The notes beneath the pieces are model-generated. The model searched no databases. It had not been told where the DNA came from and worked only from the letters and a program-made list of their open reading frames with translations. DNA of 64,000 nucleotides from an uncultured Planctomycetota bacterium. Lineage in GTDB: Bacteria; Planctomycetota; JAJSAM01; JAKLKS01. The translations under genes and the position numbers were made by a program. The stretch is taken from assembly GCA_964607145.1 (NCBI GenBank), contig CAZSIX010000009.1, forward strand, positions 467-64,466, given 5' to 3'. Of this stretch, positions 40,101 through 46,265 are shown piece after piece (positions within the stretch are counted from its first letter, which is position 1; each line of letters starts with the position of its first letter).

Positions 40101-40273
40101 CCGGGCTTCGCCGGCGACGGGTCCCCCTTCGCCGTCATCGGCGCGGAGGCCTTGCCCGGCGCCTCGGGACGCTTCGGCTCCGAGGAGGAGCAGCCCTTCG
40201 AGACCACGGCGGCCACGATGACGGCGCCGAGCGTGGCGAACCCGACGATGCGGGTGCGGCGGGGATCAAGCAT
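37124..40273 (-). CDS. Giant secretin (GspD/PilQ superfamily) with Pro-rich linker and TPR-like helical region, 1049 aa
   Basis: C-terminal secretin motifs (VNIETRF, SPNLTVYNTQRA, LDVRPTVSNDRRYV, TTVRVPNNGTLLMGG, PLLSKIPIVSFFF, NLIIIVRARI). Start ATG 40273 follows AAGGAGG. Confidence 0.9.
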   Translation of the reverse strand: MLDPRRTRIVGFATLGAVIVAAVVSKGCSSSEPKRPEAPGKASAPMTAKGDPSPAKPGEPGKTPAPAADKAPAPSGEAKKPVEVAKASPPKEEPKKPDAPAPAPAPAPDEPAPPPKPPVSIDPPPPAPKPPAPTPVVRPDDGKKPVEAPKPVEVKKPVEAPKPVEAPKPVEAPKPVEAPKPVEAPKPVEAPKPVEAPKPVEAPKPVEAPKPVEPTRPAPMVKSPDQVKQDEAKKTLEALSAEKRLAVEKARFLAERYVGMGEQAFAALQFDDAKQWAQKALDQQGDNPAARDLLQRARAALGERTGEIGETAGRLVAERQMKMEMSQAKAKALYDQGKSRTSAGDHEGAIASFEQSLAIMQADPYGISWGRLRTDAEARLADARTARERSAEESRRRQAEEAYTQVKAQELARLRAEREKWQAIFTDALAAFDRDDFDGAERLARQALDMEPTNSRAKDLMVAAQRSRHGQTKEATRKLEKERFHAWRMDMQDAMIPWSGLVNPPSAEHWDRITRLRKNLGQITGGAEDSPDSAALRNRLAQEKTGFTFDGQTLSQAVQFLSARHGINILVDEQVRGDADAQPLPSIKLSDVPLGDALAVLLRNVAGLTYRVRGNFVLITKPELAREAPVVKIHPVGDLTMKINDFVAPNLILKPAGAEQDENAPAFGKVEEGKQQYGGVEDLVALIRDHVGDGPDVWGDVNKVDGQGESNLLVVAEPALQEAVDRFLNDLRKFSGIVVNIETRFLSVTDGFLRDVGVSLRGLGGQTGLTSVLDDVTNGLDDKASVGFDNGGIGFVNASGKPSSGAFFNDNSDGDYRARTEHIEDSGPVGTLTSVGGAVLQWTLLDDAQLSLIWQAVEKKQEARVLQSPNLTVYNTQRANITLLNQLAFVQDFDVEVAQTAFIADPIVSIIQDGMALDVRPTVSNDRRYVTLQLQPTIATLQRPMQPFTTSLGAFTTPVTLQLPEINIQKAQTTVRVPNNGTLLMGGLKNINEAYLKLETPLLSKIPIVSFFFTRRVDEREFKNLIIIVRARISDPTDQSSLYGSFGSR
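39636..39845 (-). repeat. 18-bp tandem repeat, about 12 units, encoding (KPVEAP)n
   Basis: Plus-strand unit TCGACGGGCTTGGGGGCC. Most variation is synonymous; one unit reads KPVEVK. Confidence 0.95.
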
Positions 40274-40380
40274 CGGCTCCTGCCCTCCTTCGTTCGCGCC
40301 CGGAGGCGCGTGGTGCCCCCTGCCCAAGGGGGAAGTCCTCACGAACCGGGGAATGCCCAGGGTCCAGTGTCGAGGCCCGG

Positions 40381-40410
40381 ATTCTACAGAGCGCCGGATC
40401 GGAGGGTCAA
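40381..40410 (-). promoter_or_regulatory. Putative sigma70 promoter of the secretin gene, TTGACC-N18-TAGAAT
   Basis: Near-consensus hexamers on the minus strand, about 110 nt upstream of the start. Confidence 0.65.
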
Positions 40411-40481
40411 CGAGTTTCGGGAGCGGAGATCGGGAATGGTGACAGAGGGATGACCTCTGGACCCCGTCGGGGCGGGGGGAA

Positions 40482-42401
40482 TCAACGGATGAGACCGCGG
40501 ATCTCCGCGATGTGGCGGTCGTCGGCGGGGCCCCGCGCCCGCTTCGTCGCCTCCTGCAGCGCCGCCTCCGCGGCGGCGCGCGGCAGGGGGAGGAGGAGCC
40601 CGTCGGGGCCGACCCCGCCCGCGCGCACGTGGGCCAGCGCGATCCAGCAGTAGAAGGAGGCGCCCCCGTCGATGCCCTGCTCCAGGGCGAGGCGGGCGAC
40701 GTCCAGCATCTCCGCGTGCTGGCCGGCTCCCTCCGCGGCCTGCATCATGAGGGAGACCGTGGCGGCGTCCCGGTAGACGGCGCCGGCCTTCTGGAACTGG
40801 AAGAAGGCCTCCGACCAGACTCCGCGGGACCCGGTCCCCGTCATCTTCGCCTGGTGGGCGAGGGTGCGCCCGATCCAGAAGGGCACGGCGGGGTTGGCGG
40901 GGTCGAGGCGCCCCACGGCCTCCAGTCCGTCCCGGGCCTCCCGCAGCATGGGGAAGGCCACCGCCGCGACCTCCTCGCGCCGGGCCCGGGAGAAGAGCGC
41001 CAGCGCACGCTCGAAGGCGACCACCAGGGACGCCGAGGGGAGGGGGAGCGCCGCGGTGACCTCGTCGGGGGGGATCTCGATGCGGCTCGCCGGCGACAGG
41101 TAGGCGATGGTGCCGAGGCCGCCGTCGGCGGAGGGAGCGGGCGGGGCGGCGGCGTCGAGCAGCGGCTTCGACCGGAGGACCGTCCACGCCGTGGCCGCCG
41201 CGTCCCCTGCGCCCGCTCCCGCGGTGGAGGCGAGATCGCGGGTCTCCGTCGGGTCCGCGAGGACGTCGTAGACCTCCCGCCGCCCGCCGCCGAAGTCGAT
41301 GACGCGCGCGGCGCCCGCCCGGGCGGCGCAGCACTGGGCCCATCGGAAGGAGCGCCACGGGTACAGGGTCTCCGCGTACTGCACCGGGGAGGCGCCCTCG
41401 CCCCGCGCGTCCCCGGGGAGGGGGAGGAGGGCGGCGCCGTCCAGCGGAAGGGAGCCGGGCGACAGGCCCAGCAGGCGGAGCGCCGTGGGCATCACGTCCG
41501 TCAGGTCCACGGGGGTCTCGACCCGCGTTCCCGCGGGGACCCGCGACGGGTATCGGACCGCCAGCGGCACGCGCACGGTGCTGCGGTACAGGAAGTACCC
41601 GTGGGTCGACTCGCCGTGCTCCCCGAGAGCCTCGCCGTGATCCGCCGTGGCGACGACCACCGTCCGATCCAGCGCCTCCTCGTCCCGAAGGGCCGCCAGC
41701 AACCGGCCCACCTGCGCGTCGGCGTACGCGACCTCCTCGTCGTACGCGGCGGGGGAGTCCGGCGGCGCCCCCGCTCCGCCGGGGGCGGCATAGGGGGAAT
41801 GGGGATCGAAGAGGTGGACCCAGAGGAAGAACGGGCGGCTCCGGTCCCGGGAGCGGAGGAACCCCAGCGCGCGACCCGCGGTGACCGCGCCGTCCACCTC
41901 CGCCAGTGCCAGTTCCCCGGGCTCGTTGATGTCGGGCGCCTCATACTGGTCGAACCCCGCGTCGAGGCCCCAGCGCGAGGAGAGGGGGGAGGCGGAGACG
42001 AACGCCGCCGTGGCGTACCCGGCTCCCCGGAGGTGCTCCGCCAGGGTGCGGAACCGCCGCGCCGCGGGGGGAGCGAGGGGACGGGGGGGATCGTTGAGCC
42101 GCAGGCCGTGGTGGGGGGGGACCAGCCCGGTCAGGAGGCTGGCGTGGGCGGGCAGCGTGACGGGGCAGGGCGTCGTCGCGTCGGCGAAGAGGGCCCCCTC
42201 GGCGGCGATGGAGTCCAGGTGGGGGGTCAGCCCTCCGCCGTGGCCGTAGCAGCCGAGCCGGTCGGCCCGCAGCGTGTCCACGGTGATGAGGAGGAGGGAC
42301 GGGCGGCCGGCGCTGACGCGCACGCGGAGAGCGAGGGCGACGGCGATGGCGCAGACCGCCACGGCGAGGGCGATGGAGCGACCGCTGGAGGACTTGCGCA
42401 T
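40482..42401 (-). CDS. Sulfatase/alkaline-phosphatase-superfamily hydrolase with C-terminal TPR-like helices, 639 aa
   Basis: LLITVDTLRAD, TLPAHASLLTG, FFLWVHLFDPHSPY, TADHGE and VRVPL. N-terminal signal or anchor. Confidence 0.88.
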   Translation of the reverse strand: MRKSSSGRSIALAVAVCAIAVALALRVRVSAGRPSLLLITVDTLRADRLGCYGHGGGLTPHLDSIAAEGALFADATTPCPVTLPAHASLLTGLVPPHHGLRLNDPPRPLAPPAARRFRTLAEHLRGAGYATAAFVSASPLSSRWGLDAGFDQYEAPDINEPGELALAEVDGAVTAGRALGFLRSRDRSRPFFLWVHLFDPHSPYAAPGGAGAPPDSPAAYDEEVAYADAQVGRLLAALRDEEALDRTVVVATADHGEALGEHGESTHGYFLYRSTVRVPLAVRYPSRVPAGTRVETPVDLTDVMPTALRLLGLSPGSLPLDGAALLPLPGDARGEGASPVQYAETLYPWRSFRWAQCCAARAGAARVIDFGGGRREVYDVLADPTETRDLASTAGAGAGDAAATAWTVLRSKPLLDAAAPPAPSADGGLGTIAYLSPASRIEIPPDEVTAALPLPSASLVVAFERALALFSRARREEVAAVAFPMLREARDGLEAVGRLDPANPAVPFWIGRTLAHQAKMTGTGSRGVWSEAFFQFQKAGAVYRDAATVSLMMQAAEGAGQHAEMLDVARLALEQGIDGGASFYCWIALAHVRAGGVGPDGLLLPLPRAAAEAALQEATKRARGPADDRHIAEIRGLIR

Positions 42402-42489
42402 GGCGCGGCGAGTCTACCCGCGTCCGTCGCGGGCCCCGGGCGATCTCGCGGCGTCGCCGCCCCCCGGGGCCCGCCGGTGCCGCCCTCCG

Positions 42490-42951
42490 CTACCGGGCCG
42501 GTGGCGACCCCCGGAAACGGACGTCCTCGATGCCGGCCCCCACGAACAGGTCCATGGCGTGGACGACATCGCCGTGCCGGACCGTCGGCGTCGCGTCGAT
42601 CTCGCCGATCACGCCCGAGTCGGCGGCCCGGATGGCGCGCAGCCGGGAGGCGACGCGATCCCATGCGGCGCCCCCCTCGGCGATGGCGCCCATGGGGGTC
42701 CCTCCCAGCGAGATCCGGGTCTCGCCGCCCTCGACCCGGGCCAGCCGCAGTCGGGCGCGGGGGCGGACGTCGGGGGGCTGCACCCGTTCCGCGCTCCCCT
42801 CGTCCGGGAGCCGCGACTCGATCTTCATGTCGAGGGTGCGGAACTTCATGGAGCAGAGGAACACGATGATCAACTGGAACGTCACGTCGATCATGGGGGT
42901 CATGTTGAGGCGGGGACGGGCCTGCGCCGCTTCGTCCGCGGGACGACGCAC
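42490..42951 (-). CDS. ExbD/TolR-family protein (third copy; start approximate)
   Basis: NMTPMIDVTFQLIIVF with the conserved Asp, and EIDATPTVRHGDVVHAMD. Confidence 0.85.
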   Translation of the reverse strand: MRRPADEAAQARPRLNMTPMIDVTFQLIIVFLCSMKFRTLDMKIESRLPDEGSAERVQPPDVRPRARLRLARVEGGETRISLGGTPMGAIAEGGAAWDRVASRLRAIRAADSGVIGEIDATPTVRHGDVVHAMDLFVGAGIEDVRFRGSPPAR

Positions 42952-43047
42952 GGGGCACCTCCGCTGGCGGGGCGCTCCCGGGACCGGGCGCAGGAAGGGT
43001 ACCACGGGGCCGGCGCTGCGGCGGTCCCCGTGGGGCTACGCGGCGGG

Positions 43048-43085
43048 GCGGGAATCGAAACGGGGTCTCCCCGAGGGAGACCCCG
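43048..43085 (-). terminator. Intrinsic terminator after the exbB-exbD-exbD operon
   Basis: 11-bp stem CGGGGTCTCCC / GGGAGACCCCG, followed on the minus strand by TTTCGATTCCCGC. Confidence 0.7.
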
Positions 43086-43103
43086 CCGGTCCGTCTCCGC
43101 TTA

Positions 43104-43264
43104 GGGCCCTGGCCGAAATTACTGCGTCACACTGAGGCCGAGCGAGGAAGCCCAGGGCAAGGCGCACCGACGAAGGTGACCCGAATGAGGGTCACAGAGG
43201 AGGTGCAACGCGGCCATGGGCTTCCGGAGCCGGCCGGATGTAGCAGTAGTTTTGGTCAGGGTCC
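43104..43264. mobile_element. 161-bp MITE-like non-autonomous element (IS5/PIF-Harbinger-like signature)
   Basis: 22-bp terminal inverted repeats, 18/22 identical (GGGCCCTGGCCGAAATTACTGC vs GGACCCTGACCAAAACTACTGC). TTA direct repeats at 43101-43103 and 43265-43267. Reconstructed empty site CCGC-TTA-GCGG. Confidence 0.72.
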
Positions 43265-43771
43265 TTAGCGGGGCGGCGCGGCCCCGAACTGGCCCGTCTC
43301 GTTGAGGGGAGTCCCCTTGAAGACCACGTTCTGCATCTTCGCGGCGAGGAAGGAGTCCAGCGCCTTCATGACGTGGCCGTGGGGGACGTCGGGCTGGGCG
43401 TCGATCTCCCCCTTGATGTTGGGGTCCTTCTGGTGGAGGTCGGAGATGCGCGCCGCCAAGGTCTTCCAGATGGTCTCGCCGGTGGCCGTGCTGCCGAGGC
43501 GGTTGTCGAGGACGATGACCTGCGTGTCCTTGGCGTTCTTGTCCCACTTGAGGCGCACGACGAGTTTCGTCTCCACCTCGGAGGTCGGGTTCGCCGCGGA
43601 GAGGCCGACGTCCTTGGGGAGGAAGGCCTCGATCTTCATGTCCAGGGTGCGGAACTTCATGGAGCAGAGGAACACGATGATCAACTGGAACGTCACGTCG
43701 ATCATCGGCGTCATGTTCACCGTGGTCCGCGCGGCCTTGGCGGGGTCGTCGAACTCCTTCTTCTTGGCCAT
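43265..43771 (-). CDS. ExbD/TolR-family protein (second copy), 168 aa
   Basis: NMTPMIDVTFQLIIVF and EIDAQPDVPHGHVMKALD. Confidence 0.92.
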   Translation of the reverse strand: MAKKKEFDDPAKAARTTVNMTPMIDVTFQLIIVFLCSMKFRTLDMKIEAFLPKDVGLSAANPTSEVETKLVVRLKWDKNAKDTQVIVLDNRLGSTATGETIWKTLAARISDLHQKDPNIKGEIDAQPDVPHGHVMKALDSFLAAKMQNVVFKGTPLNETGQFGAAPPR

Positions 43772-43783
43772 GGTTCCGTCCTC

Positions 43784-44275
43784 TCAGTTGCTGCCCGACT
43801 TGCCGGCCTTGTTGGGGTCTTCCGTGGCGAACTGCAACTTGTAGATCTTGATGTTCGGGTCCGCGCAGACCTGCATCACCCACTGTACGTCCTGCCACCG
43901 GGCGTCCTTGTCGGCGCGGATGAGCACGAACAGTTCCGAGGCGTTGGGGGGCTCCGGCTCCTTGTACTTCAGCGCCAGGGGGGTGATGAACTGGGTGAAG
44001 CCGCGGAGGTCGTACTCCTTGCCCTTGACCTTGAGGCGGGGAGGCCCGCCGTTCTTCCCGGCGATGAGGTTCACGATGACGCGGTGCTGCTCCCCCTGCC
44101 CCTTGTCCTCCTGGGCGTTCGCGGCGGGGGGCAGCTTGAGTTCCTCGATCTCCTTGCGGCTGAGGTCATTGGCCAGCATGAGGAAGATGATCAACTGGAA
44201 GACGACGTCGATCATCGGCGTCATGTTCATCTCGAGATCGCTGGTGTCGTTCTCGACGGGCTGGTTGGCGGCCAT
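43784..44275 (-). CDS. ExbD/TolR-family protein (first copy), 163 aa
   Basis: NMTPMIDVVFQLIIFLM, LKLPPA and LIRADKDARWQDVQWVM. Confidence 0.93.
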   Translation of the reverse strand: MAANQPVENDTSDLEMNMTPMIDVVFQLIIFLMLANDLSRKEIEELKLPPAANAQEDKGQGEQHRVIVNLIAGKNGGPPRLKVKGKEYDLRGFTQFITPLALKYKEPEPPNASELFVLIRADKDARWQDVQWVMQVCADPNIKIYKLQFATEDPNKAGKSGSN

Positions 44276-44308
44276 GGGCGTCCTCCCGGGGGGCCGGGCT
44301 GGGTCCCC

Positions 44309-45034
44309 CTACTGCTTCTGCGGCCGGAACCGCTCCACGAGGTCGTCCGCCACGGCGGTCAGCTCGTTGACGATGCGGACCACCCTGTTGCGGAAGATGA
44401 AGAAGAACATCATGGCCGGGATGGCCACCACGAGGCCCATGAGGGTCGTGATGAGGGCCTGCTGGACGCCCTGGGCCAGGTCCTTCGGCGTGACGTTGGG
44501 GCCGAGACGCACGATCTCGGTGAAGGCGCCGACCATTCCCTGCACCGTGCCGTAGAGGCCCCACATGGGAGCCAGGTTCCCGATGAGGGCGAGGTAGGAG
44601 ATCTTCTGGTGGAGCTTGGTGGCCTCGATGGCGGCCTGCTCCGACATGACCTGCTTCATGGTGTCGAAGCCGGCGTTGAGCTTGGGCAGTCCGGCGGCGA
44701 GGATGTTGGTCAGGAAGTTCTGCTCGGACTCGCAGAGTTCGAGCGCCTCCTGGTACTCCTCCTCCTCGAACAGGGCCTCGATCTCGTCGACCACTTCCGG
44801 CGGGACGAGCTTCTCCCGCTTGATGTTCATGAAGTGTTCGATGATGAACGCGACCGCGGCGACGGAGTGGAGGATGATGATCCCGCCCACCCAGCCGCCC
44901 CACTTCAGGATGTTGCCGATGGTGACCTGCGCCTCGGGCGGGAGACCGCCCCCGTCCTGTGCGAACGCCGCCGTGGACGCCAGCAGCACGGCGGCTGCGC
45001 CGGACGCCCCGAGGACCCACTTGCGCTTGCTCAT
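44309..45034 (-). CDS. MotA/TolQ/ExbB proton-channel protein, 241 aa
   Basis: LALIGNLAPMWGLYGTVQGMVGAF and ALITTLMGLVVAIP. Signal-like N-terminus. Confidence 0.93.
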   Translation of the reverse strand: MSKRKWVLGASGAAAVLLASTAAFAQDGGGLPPEAQVTIGNILKWGGWVGGIIILHSVAAVAFIIEHFMNIKREKLVPPEVVDEIEALFEEEEYQEALELCESEQNFLTNILAAGLPKLNAGFDTMKQVMSEQAAIEATKLHQKISYLALIGNLAPMWGLYGTVQGMVGAFTEIVRLGPNVTPKDLAQGVQQALITTLMGLVVAIPAMMFFFIFRNRVVRIVNELTAVADDLVERFRPQKQ

Positions 45035-45107
45035 GGTTCTCGTCTCTCCTTGACCCGGGAAGCGGAACACGACCCAGGGCACCGGCGCCACGGACTCCCC
45101 TCGGGAG

Positions 45108-46265
45108 TCAACGTGCGCGGTTGGCCCAGTCCGACCACGGATAGAACTCGACCAGATCCTTGAGGGCGGCTTCACGCCCGGCCGCGTCGCCGAGCGCCTT
45201 GAGAGCCTCCGCCTTGTACCACAGCGCCCGCGCGACCTCGTCGGGAACAGCGAACCCGGTGACCTCGACCTCGATGAACGCGCGCAGCGCTTCCTTGTGT
45301 CTGCCCTGCTGCAGGAGGACGGCGCCGGTGCCGCAGCGGGCGGCGGCGACACCCGCCGGGGCGCCCCCGGTCTCCGACGCCAGCCGGTCGAACGTGGCCT
45401 GCGCCTCCGCGGCGCCGGCGCCGCCGGCCTTCTCCACGCGGGAAAAGGCCGCCCAGGCGCGCCGGACGAGGGCGTCCACGCGCAGCGCGTCCATGGCCTT
45501 CCGCTCCGGGGAACCCGCGGGGAGCGGGGCGGCCTCGCGCTGGCACAGGTCCGCCAGCGCCGAGTAGGTCTGCTCCGCGTCGCTGGAGTCGCCCTTCCGC
45601 TCGAGGAGGCGGCCGCGGGAGCGGCGCGCGGCGGCTTCCCAGAGGGGCCGCTTCGCGGCACGGGCCGCGGCGGCGAGGTCGTCCAGGGCCTTCAGCGCCT
45701 TGTCCGGCTGGCCCGCGCCGTACAGGGCCTCCGCCAGTCCCAGCAGCGCCACGTCGAGGACGGGGCTCTTGGGCTCCTCCTTGAGCGCGGCCTCGAACGA
45801 CTGGACCGCCTTCAGGTACTCGGCGGGGGCCGACTTGGACTGCGCGGCGATGCGCCGCTGGCAGTCCCCGATGTAGGCGTTCGCCCGGGCGCGGCACCAG
45901 GGTCGTGCCACGCCGTTGTCGCTGGCGGCGACGGCGCCGCGGAACTCCCCCTCCGCCTCGGCCCAGCGGCCCGCCTTCCACGCGTCGAGACCGCGGCGGA
46001 AGTACTCGGGAGTGTCCCCGTAGACGACGGCGGCCACCTCGGCGGCGGGCTTGGCCTGCGCCGCGCCGACCTTGGACTTCCACTCCACGGTCTCGTAGGT
46101 CTCCGTCAGGATCATGACTTCGGTCAGTCGCTTGCCCCCCACGGGCGTCACCTCGTCCTTGAACGTGTCCGCGGGGGGGGCGGCCCACGCGGGGGCCAGA
46201 AGAAGCGCGGGGATCAGGCCGGCCCGCAGGGTCGCGGAGGCGGCCCGGAGGAGGGGGGCGGTCAC
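45108..46265 (-). CDS. Exported TPR-repeat protein, 385 aa
   Basis: Signal peptide ending AWA, TPR-like helices (AVQSFEAAL, ALLGLAEALYGAG, ARALWYKAEAL) and a YP-W C-terminal cap. GTGA overlap with the upstream gene. Confidence 0.8.
   Translation of the reverse strand: MTAPLLRAASATLRAGLIPALLLAPAWAAPPADTFKDEVTPVGGKRLTEVMILTETYETVEWKSKVGAAQAKPAAEVAAVVYGDTPEYFRRGLDAWKAGRWAEAEGEFRGAVAASDNGVARPWCRARANAYIGDCQRRIAAQSKSAPAEYLKAVQSFEAALKEEPKSPVLDVALLGLAEALYGAGQPDKALKALDDLAAAARAAKRPLWEAAARRSRGRLLERKGDSSDAEQTYSALADLCQREAAPLPAGSPERKAMDALRVDALVRRAWAAFSRVEKAGGAGAAEAQATFDRLASETGGAPAGVAAARCGTGAVLLQQGRHKEALRAFIEVEVTGFAVPDEVARALWYKAEALKALGDAAGREAALKDLVEFYPWSDWANRAR

Noticed and set aside
43104-43264. 6S RNA or SRP RNA as the primary call
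   Set aside because: There is no large central bubble or SRP GNRA/domain-IV motif, and the flanking TTA duplication favours a MITE. An ncRNA role is kept as an open finding.
43119-43264. Small ORF within the MITE-like element
   Set aside because: It is only the tail of a shadow ORF, with no RBS and no recognisable motif.
45093-45109. 7-bp hairpin between the TPR gene and exbB as a terminator
   Set aside because: Short stem overlapping the stop codon, with no U-tract on the coding strand.
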